Part shown: positions 1-9,538 of the stretch, in pieces
How positions within the stretch are numbered: position 1 is the first letter of the stretch
Layout: each line of letters opens with the position of its first letter
Assembly (NCBI GenBank): GCA_029863245.1
Contig: JAOTVV010000003.1
Span: 82,591-146,590, forward strand
DNA length: 64,000 bases
Source of the DNA: Gemmatimonadota bacterium
GTDB lineage: Bacteria; Gemmatimonadota; Gemmatimonadetes; Gemmatimonadales; GWC2-71-9
Direction: 5' to 3'
Made by a program: the position numbers and the translations under genes
Notes under the pieces: model-generated
What the model was told of the DNA's origin: nothing
The model's database searches: none
What the model saw: the letters and a program-made list of their open reading frames with translations, nothing else

Positions 1-310
1 GCGCAGCCTCGAGCGCGGTGAGGTGTTGGTCGTCGGCGTCAACGAATACACGGAGGACGAATCGCCGCCTGCGCTCGTCGAGCCGGACTACACGGCACTC
101 GCCGGGGAGCAGATCGTCCGCGTCGCCGAAGCCCGGTCATTGCGAACCGCGGGGGCGCATGCGGCTGCGTTGCAGGCCCTCGCGCAGGCCGCCTCGGGCC
201 CCGGATCGCTGATGCCCGTGATGGTCGAAGCCGTGCGCGCCCGAGCCACGGTCGGCGAGATCTCCGACACGCTGCGCCACTCGTGGGGGACCTTTCGGCC
301 GGCCGCTTGA
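1..310 (+). CDS. methylmalonyl-CoA mutase family protein, C-terminal end of the catalytic domain (5' end cut by window edge)
   Basis: The reading frame enters from the window start. The tail VGVNEYTEDE...ARATVGEISDTLRHSWGTFRP resembles the end of the mutase barrel domain. Stop TGA at 308-310. Confidence 0.65.
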   Translation, partial: RSLERGEVLVVGVNEYTEDESPPALVEPDYTALAGEQIVRVAEARSLRTAGAHAAALQALAQAASGPGSLMPVMVEAVRARATVGEISDTLRHSWGTFRPAA

Positions 311-368
311 CCGTGCTGTTTCAGGCGGCTAAGTTGGCTTTTCTCATTGAGTTACCGAGTCCGAGCCC

Positions 369-659
369 ATGCCGACCTATGCCTACAGATGCCCACAGTG
401 CGGCCACACGTACGAGAAGCTCCAGAAGATCACCGACGACACTCGCGCCAAATGCCCAGAATGTGGGACGCGGGGTGAGCGGGTGATTACCGGGGGGGCT
501 GGGCTCGTGTTCAAGGGGTCGGGGTTCTACGCGACGGACTACAAGCGGTCGGGGACGGAGCCGACCGAGCCGAGCGGTGGGTCGGACAAGGAATCCGATA
601 GCGGTCCGAAGCCCGAGAAGTCCAAGCAGCCCGACAAAAGCGCGGGAGCTGACTCCTGA
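369..659 (+). CDS. FmdB-family zinc-ribbon protein
   Basis: N-terminus MPTYAYRCPQCGHTYEKLQKITDDTRAKCPECG has two CxxC pairs typical of the FmdB/CxxC_CxxC_SSSS family. The tail is low-complexity and acidic/lysine-rich. Confidence 0.8.
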   Translation: MPTYAYRCPQCGHTYEKLQKITDDTRAKCPECGTRGERVITGGAGLVFKGSGFYATDYKRSGTEPTEPSGGSDKESDSGPKPEKSKQPDKSAGADS

Positions 660-688
660 CTCCGGGAGCCGACCGGCTCCGAGAGGCG

Positions 689-2305
689 TTGGGTCGGGTG
701 GCGGCAGGCTTGGGACAGCCCGACGTCGAGATCCAGCTCGAGCGGCCGCGCGATTCCTCTCACGGAGACCTGGCGACGAATCTCGCTCTGCAGTTGGCGC
801 GGCCGCTCCGTCGCAAGCCACGCGACGTGGCCGAGTCGATCGTGGCCCAGCTTGCACCACTGCCCGGCTTGGTCGACAGGATGGAGATCGCCGGTCCCGG
901 ATTCATCAACTTCTGGCTGGCCGGCACAGCGCTCGCGATCGTGCTGGCTCGGATCGTAGAGGAGGGGGAACGCTATGGGCGCTCCGATACCGGGAAGGGA
1001 CGGCGGGTCAACGTCGAGTTCGTGTCGGCGAATCCCACGGGCCCGCTCCATGTTGGCCACGGGCGCGGCGCGGCGTTGGGTGATGCCATCGCGTCGCTGC
1101 TCGAAGCGACCGGTCACGAGGTCAGCCGGGAGTTCTACGTCAACGACGCCGGCCTGCAGATCGAGCGACTAGCACTGTCGGTATGGGCCAGGGTGCAGCA
1201 GGCCACCGGACGCGACGCGGAGATCCCCGAAGGGGGCTATCACGGCGCATATCTGGAGGAGCTGGCGCGCCGCCTGCTCGCGGAAGAAGGAGCCGGTTTC
1301 GCCGACCTGCCGGCCGACGAAGGGATCTCGCGGTGTCGCGACGTGGCTGTTCTCACGCAGCGCGAGGAACAGGACCAGGATCTCGTGGATTTCGGGGTGC
1401 GGTTCGAGGTGGTGTTCCCCGAAAGCCGGCTCTACCGGACAGGCGCGCTGCAGGACACGTTGGCCGAGCTCGAGCGCCGGAAACTGGTGTACGAGCGCGA
1501 CGGTGCCCTCTGGCTCCAGACGAGCGCGTTCGGCGACACGAAGGACCGAGTACTCCGCAAGGGGGATGGGAGTTACACGTACTTCCTGCCCGACATTGCC
1601 TACCATCGGGACAAGCTCACACGCGGGTTCGATCTCGCCATCGACGTCTGGGGCGCGGATCATCATGGGTACGTGCCGCGCATGCACGCTGCCCTGACCG
1701 CGCTCGGTGCGCCGGACGGGTTCTTCCACACCGTGATTGTGCAGCTCGTCAAGATCATGCGGCAGGGGTCCGAGGTGAGGTTCTCCAAGCGCTCGGGGGA
1801 GTTCGTGACGCTTCGGGATCTCTACGATGAGACGGGAGTCGACGCGGCCCGGTACTTCTTCCTGATGCGGCGCGGGGACGCGCAGTTCGTGTTCGACATC
1901 GATCTTGCCACGAAGCAGTCCGAAGAGAACCCCGTCTACTACGTGCAGTATGCCCACACCAGGATGGTCGGGATCTTCCGGGTCGCCGGTGTGGATCCGG
2001 AGTCGGTGGACCCGGACGGTGCCGATCTGTCGCTGCTCGCCGAGCCAGGGGAACAGGAGCTCATTAAGCGGCTCGCGGAATACCCGGGCGTTGTCGCCAA
2101 CGCCGCCGAGTTGCTCGAGCCACACCGCGTGGTCGTCTATCTGGAAGACCTCGCGCGATCGGTGAACGCGTGGTATCACCACCATCGTGTGCTGGGGGCC
2201 GAACCGCCGCTCGAGCGGGCGCGTCTGGTGTTGGCGCGGGCGTCGCAAATCGTGTTGGCGAACGGCCTCAATTTGCTGGGGGTGACTGCCCCGGAACGGA
2301 TGTAG
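689..2305 (+). CDS. argS: arginine--tRNA ligase
   Basis: 538-aa ORF with the class I HIGH-type motif (PTGPLHVGHGRGA) and an ArgRS-like Add-1 N-domain. The listed start is TTG 689. ArgRS-like residues (DRLREAL) continue upstream in frame, so the real start may be CTG 656 (see findings). Confidence 0.9.
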   Translation: MGRVAAGLGQPDVEIQLERPRDSSHGDLATNLALQLARPLRRKPRDVAESIVAQLAPLPGLVDRMEIAGPGFINFWLAGTALAIVLARIVEEGERYGRSDTGKGRRVNVEFVSANPTGPLHVGHGRGAALGDAIASLLEATGHEVSREFYVNDAGLQIERLALSVWARVQQATGRDAEIPEGGYHGAYLEELARRLLAEEGAGFADLPADEGISRCRDVAVLTQREEQDQDLVDFGVRFEVVFPESRLYRTGALQDTLAELERRKLVYERDGALWLQTSAFGDTKDRVLRKGDGSYTYFLPDIAYHRDKLTRGFDLAIDVWGADHHGYVPRMHAALTALGAPDGFFHTVIVQLVKIMRQGSEVRFSKRSGEFVTLRDLYDETGVDAARYFFLMRRGDAQFVFDIDLATKQSEENPVYYVQYAHTRMVGIFRVAGVDPESVDPDGADLSLLAEPGEQELIKRLAEYPGVVANAAELLEPHRVVVYLEDLARSVNAWYHHHRVLGAEPPLERARLVLARASQIVLANGLNLLGVTAPERM

Positions 2306-2310
2306 GTGCC

Positions 2311-3246
2311 ATGACTCTCCTAGTGGTGGGAAGCATTGCGCTCGACTCGGTCGAGACGCCTTTCGGCGCGACCGCCGATGCGTTGGGTGGATCGGCCGTC
2401 TTCTTCGCCCATGCGGCGAGCATTCTCCATCCGGTGCGGATGGTTGGGGTGGTCGGCGACGACTATCCGTTCCACTCGCTGGAGGCGCTTGCCAAGCAGG
2501 GCGTGGATCTCAGTGGCGTGGAACGGCGCAAGGGTGAGAGCTTCCGGTGGAAGGGCAAGTACTCCTATGATCTGCAGAACCGCGAGACGCTGGAAACCCG
2601 ACTGGGCGTCTTCGCCGAGTTCCAGCCGGATATTCCCAAGGCGTTTCGGGATTCACGCTACGTCTTTCTCGGGAACATCGATCCCGTGCAGCAGCTCAGC
2701 GTGCTGGACCAGATCCAGAACCCGACGCTCGTGGCCTGCGACACGATGAACTACTGGATCCACGGCAAGCGACGCTTGTTGCTTCAGCTGCTGGAGCGCA
2801 TCGACGTGTTGCTCGTGAACGACTCCGAGGTGCGGGAGCTGTCGGGTGACTGGAACGTCTATCGGGCGGCCAAGTGGGTCCTTAAACGGGGACCCGACAT
2901 GGTGGTCGTGAAGCAAGGCGTGTACGGCGCGGTGCTCGTCCAGAGCGACCACGTCTTCTACATCCCCGCGTATCCGCTCGACGAGGTGTACGATCCCACG
3001 GGCGCCGGCGATTCGTTCGCCGGGGGGTTCATGGCGCACCTGGCGCGCACCGACGACTTGTCGGCCGGCAACGTGCGGCGGGCGATGGTCTACGGCGCCG
3101 CCATGGGGTCGTTCGCCGTTGAGCGCTTCTCGGTGCGTCGGTTCGAGGAGATCGGGCTGGCCGAGGTGACGGCGCGGGTCCGGGAGTTTGCGGATCTGGT
3201 GCGCTTCGACATCGATCCCGAGCCGGCGATCGACGGCGGGCGCTGA
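2311..3246 (+). CDS. PfkB-family carbohydrate kinase
   Basis: ATG 2311 (MTLLVVGSIALDSVETPFG) lies inside the longer track ORF. The C-terminal PfkB signature DPTGAGDSFAGGF is present. Confidence 0.85.
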   Translation: MTLLVVGSIALDSVETPFGATADALGGSAVFFAHAASILHPVRMVGVVGDDYPFHSLEALAKQGVDLSGVERRKGESFRWKGKYSYDLQNRETLETRLGVFAEFQPDIPKAFRDSRYVFLGNIDPVQQLSVLDQIQNPTLVACDTMNYWIHGKRRLLLQLLERIDVLLVNDSEVRELSGDWNVYRAAKWVLKRGPDMVVVKQGVYGAVLVQSDHVFYIPAYPLDEVYDPTGAGDSFAGGFMAHLARTDDLSAGNVRRAMVYGAAMGSFAVERFSVRRFEEIGLAEVTARVREFADLVRFDIDPEPAIDGGR

Positions 3247-3310
3247 GGCGGTGCATGACCCCGCGCCAGGGTGGTCGGGCGGCGTCAGGCGTGAAAGGAA
3301 CGAGACTGGC

Positions 3311-4333
3311 GTGAGCACAGCCGATCGATATCGAGCGGCCGGCGTCGATCTGGATGCCGCCGAGCGCGCCAAGCATCGGATTGCCGAGGCGGTGGCATCG
3401 ACGCGGACCGAGCTCGCCCGTGGCATGGTTGGCGCCTTCGGCGGCATGCTGCGCCTCCCCACCGATATCGAACGTCCGACGTTGGTGATGAGCACCGATG
3501 GGGTCGGCACCAAGGTGCTCGTCGCGATCCGGACCGGTCGGCACGACACGGTTGGCGAGGATCTGGTGAACCATTCGGTCAACGACATCTTGGTTCACGG
3601 TGCGCGACCGCTTGCCTTTCTCGACTACATCGCGCACGCTGACGCGCCGGCGGACACGCTGGCGGCCCTCGTCGATGGGGTGGCCCGTGGGTGCCGTGCC
3701 CACGGCACGACCCTCGTCGGTGGCGAGACGGCTCAGCTTCCCGATCTCTATCGCTCGGGCCACTACGACCTGGCGGGCACTATCGTCGGGGTCGTCGGAG
3801 AGGATGAGGCGCTCGATGGTGATCGGGTGGCAGTGGGGGACGTGCTCGTCGGCTACGCCTCGAGCGGATTGCACACGAATGGCTACACGTTGGCGCGTCG
3901 CATTCTCTTCGACGAGATGGGGCTGGACGTGGACGACGATGTCCCCGCTCTCGGCAAGCCGGTGGGCGACGTGTTGCTCGCGGTCCATCGGAGCTATCGG
4001 AGCGCGATCGAGCCGGCATTGTCAGCGGTGCATGCACTGGCGCACATCACGGGCGGTGGCATTCCCGGGAACCTCGCGCGCTCACTCCCGATGAACCGGG
4101 CCGCTCGGATCGATCGCACGACGTGGCCCGTACCACCGCTGTTTCGGGTGCTTCAGGAGGCGGGTCGGGTGAGTCGGGACGAGATGTACCGGGTGTTCAA
4201 CATGGGCCTCGGCATGATCGCAGTGGTTCCGCCGGACGCCACGGCCGGGGTTCGGCGTGCCGCGACCGGGGCGGGGGTCGAGACGTGGGAGATCGGGACC
4301 GTCGTCGAGGGCGACGGCGTTCAGCTCGTGTGA
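3311..4333 (+). CDS. purM: phosphoribosylformylglycinamidine cyclo-ligase (AIR synthetase)
   Basis: GTG 3311 (VSTADRYRAAGVDLDAAERAK). PurM-like throughout (MSTDGVGTKV, HITGGGIPGNL). The track ORF is over-extended at its 5' end. Confidence 0.9.
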   Translation: MSTADRYRAAGVDLDAAERAKHRIAEAVASTRTELARGMVGAFGGMLRLPTDIERPTLVMSTDGVGTKVLVAIRTGRHDTVGEDLVNHSVNDILVHGARPLAFLDYIAHADAPADTLAALVDGVARGCRAHGTTLVGGETAQLPDLYRSGHYDLAGTIVGVVGEDEALDGDRVAVGDVLVGYASSGLHTNGYTLARRILFDEMGLDVDDDVPALGKPVGDVLLAVHRSYRSAIEPALSAVHALAHITGGGIPGNLARSLPMNRAARIDRTTWPVPPLFRVLQEAGRVSRDEMYRVFNMGLGMIAVVPPDATAGVRRAATGAGVETWEIGTVVEGDGVQLV

Positions 4334-4340
4334 CGTTGCC

Positions 4341-5426
4341 GTGACGGACGCCGAGGCGATGGCTCGGGCGCTGGAGTTGGCCCGGCGTGGCTGGGGACGG
4401 GTGGCCCCCAATCCGCTGGTCGGGGCGGTGCTCGTGCGCGAGGGTCGCCTGCTCGCCGAGGGATATCATGCCGAGTTTGGCGGCGAGCACGCAGAGATCC
4501 GGGCGCTCGGGGATTGTGCCGACCCCAGCGGCGCCACCTGCGTGGTCACGCTCGAGCCGTGCGCCCATCACGGCAAGACCCCTCCCTGCGCCGATGCGCT
4601 TGTCGCGGCGGGTGTTGCACGTGTTGTCTTCGCGCTTCCTGATCCAGACCCCGTGGCGGGGGGGGGCGCCGCGCGGCTGCGGCAGGCGGGGATCGAGGTC
4701 GCCGAAGGAGTTGGCCGTCTGGACGCGGCGGCGCTCAATGCCCCGTTCCTGTGGTCGCGTCTGCGGCCCGAGCGCCCGTTCGTGGCGCTCAAGATGGCCA
4801 CCTCGTTGGATGGATTCGTGGCCGACCGATCCGGCGCGTCGCAGTGGATATCGGGTCCGGACGCGCGCGAGTACGCCCACTGGCTCCGAGCGGGATTCGA
4901 TGCGGTCGCGGTGGGGCGGGGGACGGCGGTCGCCGACGATCCGGCGCTCACCGTGCGTGGGAGCGTGGCGCCGCGCGTGGCGCCGACGCGTGTGGTGTTT
5001 GCCCGGGACGGGGAGCTGCCCCAAACCTTGAAGCTGGTACGAACGGCCCGCGACCAGCGTACGGTCATCTTCGTGCGTCCAGAGGCCGAGGCCCGCGTGC
5101 GCCGATCGCTGGCGGGGAGGGAGGTTGCGGTTCGGGCGGCGTCCGATCTTGGGGCGGCGCTGCGGGACCTTGCGGCGCAAGGCGTGGCCTCGATCCTGGT
5201 GGAGGGTGGTGGGACCTTGGCCACCGCCTTGCTGGACGCGGACCTCGTGGACCGCGTGCACTGGATTCAGGCGCCGCGTTGGCTGGGTGACGGCCGCCGA
5301 GCGTTCGGTCGGCGCACGCCGACCGCGCTCGGCGACGCGCGGGCATGGACAGTCACCGAGCGCCGCGCCCTGGGACCGGATACATTATTGGTGATCGATC
5401 GAGAGCTATGTTTACGGGAATCGTGA
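4341..5426 (+). CDS. ribD: bifunctional riboflavin biosynthesis deaminase/reductase
   Basis: GTG 4341. Deaminase zinc motifs HAEIRAL and TLEPCAHHGKTPPC are followed by a reductase domain (FVALKMATSLDG). Confidence 0.9.
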   Translation: MTDAEAMARALELARRGWGRVAPNPLVGAVLVREGRLLAEGYHAEFGGEHAEIRALGDCADPSGATCVVTLEPCAHHGKTPPCADALVAAGVARVVFALPDPDPVAGGGAARLRQAGIEVAEGVGRLDAAALNAPFLWSRLRPERPFVALKMATSLDGFVADRSGASQWISGPDAREYAHWLRAGFDAVAVGRGTAVADDPALTVRGSVAPRVAPTRVVFARDGELPQTLKLVRTARDQRTVIFVRPEAEARVRRSLAGREVAVRAASDLGAALRDLAAQGVASILVEGGGTLATALLDADLVDRVHWIQAPRWLGDGRRAFGRRTPTALGDARAWTVTERRALGPDTLLVIDRELCLRES

Positions 5427-6010
5427 CCGCATTGGGTTCGGTGGAGGCCGTGAGCCGTGATGGTGATCGGCTCGCCATCGCCATCACAGCGCCATACGAG
5501 GATCTGGCCGTGGGCGAGAGCGTCGCGGTCAACGGTGTCTGTCTCACGGTGGTCGAGTGTGGCCCGCGCTGGTTCAAGGTCGAGGCCGTCGTCACCACAC
5601 GCGGGCGCACTCGCCTCGGCGAGATTCAGGACGGCGAGCCGGTGAATCTGGAACGGGCCATGCAAATGGGAGATCGATTCGGTGGGCACCTGGTGCAGGG
5701 GCATGTCGACGGGGTGGGCGAAGTCGTGGCGGTGCGCCCAACGGCCGATGCCCTGCTCATCGATATCGCCGTCTCGGGTGAGGTAGCCGAGATCAGTGTA
5801 CCCTACGGCTCGATCGCGGTCGACGGCGTGAGCATGACCGTAAACGCCGTTCCGGCACCGGGCGTCGTTCAACTGTCCGTGATTCCGTTTACCCGGGATC
5901 ACACGACGCTCGGCCGTCTGGCCCCGGGTGATGGTGTTCATGTGGAAGCCGACGTGATCGGCAAGTACGTTCGCCAGCTGCTGCAGCAGCGGGGCGCGGT
6001 GCAGGCATAG
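5408..6010 (+). CDS. ribE: riboflavin synthase
   Basis: ATG 5408 gives MFTGIVTALGSV, the canonical riboflavin synthase N-terminus. The internal repeat GHLVQGHVDG is present. Confidence 0.9.
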   Translation: MFTGIVTALGSVEAVSRDGDRLAIAITAPYEDLAVGESVAVNGVCLTVVECGPRWFKVEAVVTTRGRTRLGEIQDGEPVNLERAMQMGDRFGGHLVQGHVDGVGEVVAVRPTADALLIDIAVSGEVAEISVPYGSIAVDGVSMTVNAVPAPGVVQLSVIPFTRDHTTLGRLAPGDGVHVEADVIGKYVRQLLQQRGAVQA

Positions 6011-6019
6011 GAGGCCGTC

Positions 6020-7225
6020 ATGCCGTTCGGGACCATCGAACAGGCGATCGAAGACATCGCGCAGGGCAAGCTCATCCTGGTGGCCGACGACGAAGATCGA
6101 GAGAGTGAGGGCGATCTCGTCGGTGCGGCTCAGCACGCGACACCCGAGATGGTCAACTTCATGGCCAAGCACGGGCGGGGATTGGTGTGTCTCGCGCTCA
6201 CTCCGGAACGGACGCTGGAGCTCGGCCTACCGCAAATGACCGAGACGAACTCCGATTCCTATGAAACCGCCTTCACCGTGAGCATCGATGCGGCCAAACG
6301 GTTTGGGGTGACCACGGGGATCTCCGCCGCCGACCGCGCCAAGACGATCCAGGTGGCGATCGATCCTGCCACCGTGTCCTCCGATCTTCGTCGGCCCGGA
6401 CACGTATTCCCGCTCCGGGCCCGGCCCGGAGGCGTGTTGCAGCGGGTGGGACACACCGAGGCGAGCGTCGACCTCGCGCGGGTGGCGCGTCTCAACCCAA
6501 GCGGCGTGATCTGCGAGGTCCTGTCCGACGACGGCACGATGATGCGGCGCCCGCAACTCGAGCGGTTCGCCGTGGAGCACGGGCTCACCTTCGTGACCGT
6601 CGCACAGCTCGTCGCGTACCGGTTGCAGAACGAACGGCTGGTGCACCGTGTGGCCGAGGCGCGGTTGCCCACCCCGCACGGAGACTTCCGGGTCATCGGG
6701 TACGAAAACGACGTCGATGCGCACGAACACGTGGCCTTGGTGTACGGGGACGTGGATGGCCGCGAGAACGTCCTGGTCCGCATGCACTCCAAGTGTCTCA
6801 CGGGCGACGTCTTTCGGTCGTCGCGCTGTGACTGTGGACCACAGCTGCACGCGGCCATGCGGCTCGTCGTCGAGGCTGGGGCCGGGGTGGTCGTGTACCT
6901 GGATCAGGAGGGGCGGGGAATCGGACTCCTCAACAAACTCAAGGCGTACCAACTCCAGGACAAAGGTCACGACACGGTCGAAGCCAACCAAGCGCTCGGG
7001 TTCGCCCCGGACCATCGCGACTACGGGATCGGGGCGCAGATCCTCATCGACCTCGGCCTGAGCTCGATCCGTATTCTGACCAACAACCCGCGCAAGATGG
7101 TCGGACTCGACGGGTATGGTCTCGAGATTGTCGAGCGTGTTCCCCTGATCGCCAGCCCGACCGACGAGAATCGGGCCTATCTCAAGGTCAAACGCGACAA
7201 GCTCGGTCACCTCTTTGCCAGCTAA
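6020..7225 (+). CDS. ribBA: bifunctional 3,4-dihydroxy-2-butanone-4-phosphate synthase / GTP cyclohydrolase II
   Basis: 401 aa. The RibB half has [11 protein letters not shown] and the RibA half has [24 protein letters not shown] sits upstream of ATG 6020. Confidence 0.9.
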   Translation: MPFGTIEQAIEDIAQGKLILVADDEDRESEGDLVGAAQHATPEMVNFMAKHGRGLVCLALTPERTLELGLPQMTETNSDSYETAFTVSIDAAKRFGVTTGISAADRAKTIQVAIDPATVSSDLRRPGHVFPLRARPGGVLQRVGHTEASVDLARVARLNPSGVICEVLSDDGTMMRRPQLERFAVEHGLTFVTVAQLVAYRLQNERLVHRVAEARLPTPHGDFRVIGYENDVDAHEHVALVYGDVDGRENVLVRMHSKCLTGDVFRSSRCDCGPQLHAAMRLVVEAGAGVVVYLDQEGRGIGLLNKLKAYQLQDKGHDTVEANQALGFAPDHRDYGIGAQILIDLGLSSIRILTNNPRKMVGLDGYGLEIVERVPLIASPTDENRAYLKVKRDKLGHLFAS

Positions 7226-7706
7226 GGTTCCCTTCGATCCCCGCCCCGCGAACCCCGCCGATGCGTGGGCGTTGGTGGTCGTCAGCCGGTTCAACGAAGG
7301 TGTGACCCGCCGGCTCCTCGACGGGGCGCGTGCCGCACTGCGCGAGGAGGGGTTTGCGGACGGCCGCGTCGACGTCGTGTGGGTTCCCGGGGCGTTCGAG
7401 CTGCCGGTTGCGTTGCACCGAGGGATCGAGACCGGGCGCTACGCGATCGGCGTCGCCTTGGGCGCGGTGATTCGGGGTGAGACGCCACATTTCGACTATG
7501 TGTCCGATACGGCGAGCCACGGGATCATGGCGGTTTCGACCCGCTTCGGCGTCCCCGTCGGCTTCGGCCTGCTCACCTGCGACACCCTGGGGCAGGCGCT
7601 CGCCAGAGCCGGCGGCGAGGCGGGCAACAAGGGTGAGGAGGCGGCGCACGCGGCGGTCGAAACGCTGCGGGCGCTCGCGGCGTTCCGCCCAGGTGCTGCG
7701 ACCTGA
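7215..7706 (+). CDS. ribH: 6,7-dimethyl-8-ribityllumazine synthase
   Basis: TTG 7215. Motifs VVVSRFNEGVTRRLLDGA and VIRGETPHFDYV match lumazine synthase. Confidence 0.9.
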   Translation: MPAKVPFDPRPANPADAWALVVVSRFNEGVTRRLLDGARAALREEGFADGRVDVVWVPGAFELPVALHRGIETGRYAIGVALGAVIRGETPHFDYVSDTASHGIMAVSTRFGVPVGFGLLTCDTLGQALARAGGEAGNKGEEAAHAAVETLRALAAFRPGAAT

Positions 7707-8106
7707 AAGTCGGGTCCGGGCCCGTGCCCTGCAACTCCTCTACGCGTGGGAGCTTCAGGGACGGCCGCCGATGGGGAGCGTGGTGGTCGGTCTGCTCGCC
7801 GGGGCCCCGCTCCGGCGATCGGCCCTCGAGCACGCAGAGCCGCTCGCGAGCGCGGTTGCGGCGAACGTGGCGCGGCTAGACGACGAGATTGCCGCGGCCA
7901 TCGAGCACTGGGAGCCGCAGCGGGTGGGCATGATCGAGCGCACCATCCTGCGGCTTGCGCTGCACGAGTTGTGGACCGATCGCGCGCCGCCTCGGGTCGT
8001 CATCTCCGAGGCGGTTCGACTGGCACATTGGTTTGCGGGTGCCAAGGCACCGGCCTTCGTCAACGGCGTACTCGACGCGCTCGCCCGACGCGCGGGACGG
8101 TTGTGA
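7693..8106 (+). CDS. nusB: transcription antitermination factor NusB
   Basis: In-frame GTG 7693 gives about 137 aa (SRVRARALQLLYAWELQG ... FVNGVLDALAR), a typical NusB length. It follows ribH as in many rib-nusB clusters. Confidence 0.8.
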   Translation: MLRPESRVRARALQLLYAWELQGRPPMGSVVVGLLAGAPLRRSALEHAEPLASAVAANVARLDDEIAAAIEHWEPQRVGMIERTILRLALHELWTDRAPPRVVISEAVRLAHWFAGAKAPAFVNGVLDALARRAGRL

Positions 8107-9233
8107 AGATCCTGGCGGTGAACTGGCTGGACCGGGAAAACCCGCAGGCCGGTGGTGCGGAAGTCCACTTCTTCGAGATCTTCCGACGGTTGGTGGCGCG
8201 CGGTCACGAGGTGACGCTCGTCGCGTCCGGGTGGCGAGGGGCCGCACACCGTTCGACAATCGACGGCATCGATGTACGACGGTGTGCGGGGCGGCACACC
8301 TTCGCGTTCGTGGCGCGCCGGCAGGCGCGAAATCTGCTCCGACACGATGCCTACGACGTGGTCGTGGAGGATATCAACAAGCTGCCGCTCTTCTTGCCTA
8401 CGCTGACCGCACGACCGGTCTACGTGATCGTGCCACACCTGTTCGGCACGACGGCGTTCCGCGAAGCCTCGTGGCCCATCGCCTCGGTCGTGTGGCTCGC
8501 CGAACGCCCAATTCCTCGCGTGTATCGGCGCTCGGCGTTCCATGCGATCAGCGAGAGCACGCGGGACGATCTGATCGACCGCGGCGTGCCGGCCGAGGCC
8601 GTGCGGGTGATCTACCCCGGCGTAGACGCGTCGGCGTACACGCCGGATCCGACCGGGGCCCGCCGGCCGGTGCCGACGTTTGCCTACGTCGGCAGGCTCA
8701 AGCGGTACAAGGGGCTCGAGCTGGCGCTCGAGGCGGTGGCGCTGGCACGGCGCCAGGTGCCCACGATCCGGTTGGACATCGCGGGATCGGGAGACGACCG
8801 TCCTCGACTGGAGCGAATCGTGCAGCAGCTGGGGCTCGGCGACTGTGTGCGCTTCCTTGGCTTCATCGGCGAGGAGGAGAAGCGTGAGCTGCTGCGGGAG
8901 GCGTGGGCGGTCGTGTTCCCGTCACCCAAGGAGGGCTGGGGAATCACGAACGTCGAGGCGGCGGCCTGCGGCACCCCGGCCGTGGCGTCCGACAGCCCCG
9001 GCTTGCGCGAGTCCGTCCTCAACGATGAAACTGGAATACTGGTTCCCCATAACCACCCGGAGGCTCTAGCGGGCGTACTACGACGCCTGAGTGGCGATCT
9101 CGATCTGGTCAATCGCCTTGGACGCGGCGGCCGGGCATTTGCGGAGACCCTGTCGTGGGACCGAGCTGCCCAGCTCACCGAGGCGCACCTGCACGAAACA
9201 GTTCGCAACGCCCCCCCGAGGGGGAAGGAGTGA
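8103..9233 (+). CDS. glycosyltransferase family 4 (GT-B, GT1/RfaG-like)
   Basis: GTG 8103 overlaps the nusB stop (GTGA). Sequence VKILAVNWLDRENPQAGGAEVH ... EGWGITNVEAAACGTPAVASD carries the E-x7-E type GT4 C-terminal motif. Confidence 0.8.
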   Translation: MKILAVNWLDRENPQAGGAEVHFFEIFRRLVARGHEVTLVASGWRGAAHRSTIDGIDVRRCAGRHTFAFVARRQARNLLRHDAYDVVVEDINKLPLFLPTLTARPVYVIVPHLFGTTAFREASWPIASVVWLAERPIPRVYRRSAFHAISESTRDDLIDRGVPAEAVRVIYPGVDASAYTPDPTGARRPVPTFAYVGRLKRYKGLELALEAVALARRQVPTIRLDIAGSGDDRPRLERIVQQLGLGDCVRFLGFIGEEEKRELLREAWAVVFPSPKEGWGITNVEAAACGTPAVASDSPGLRESVLNDETGILVPHNHPEALAGVLRRLSGDLDLVNRLGRGGRAFAETLSWDRAAQLTEAHLHETVRNAPPRGKE

Positions 9234-9240
9234 GCGAGCC

Positions 9241-9537
9241 ATGCGAATCATCGTGACCGCACGTCACTGTGAGATTTCCGACGAGCTGAGAGAGCGAGCC
9301 GAGACGGTGGTCGAAAAGCTCTCCAAGGCGGCACACCGGCCCCAGCGGGCCGAAATCATATTCGATGCCGACCATGGGCACAAAGTTGTCGAGATTCAGC
9401 TCTACCTCCCACGCGGTCAGGTGAAAATCGCCTCGGCAGAGGCTGAAGATTTTCGTTCCGCCTTGGATCGGGTTGGGGCCAAGCTGCGGAATCAACTCGA
9501 CAAGAACTCCGGTCGGCCGGTGCGAGGACCGGCCTAG
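9241..9537 (+). CDS. hpf: ribosome hibernation promoting factor / RaiA family (short form)
   Basis: ATG 9241, 98 aa, MRIIVTARHCEISDELRERAETVVEKL..., sigma-54 modulation/S30EA family pattern. Confidence 0.85.
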   Translation: MRIIVTARHCEISDELRERAETVVEKLSKAAHRPQRAEIIFDADHGHKVVEIQLYLPRGQVKIASAEAEDFRSALDRVGAKLRNQLDKNSGRPVRGPA

Positions 9538-9538
9538 C

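Noticed and set aside
4334-4340. I looked for an FMN riboswitch upstream of ribD and a SAM riboswitch upstream of metK.
   Set aside because: The purM-ribD gap is 7 nt and the ptsI-metK gap is 13 nt, so there is no room for an aptamer. These genes appear to be read through from upstream genes.
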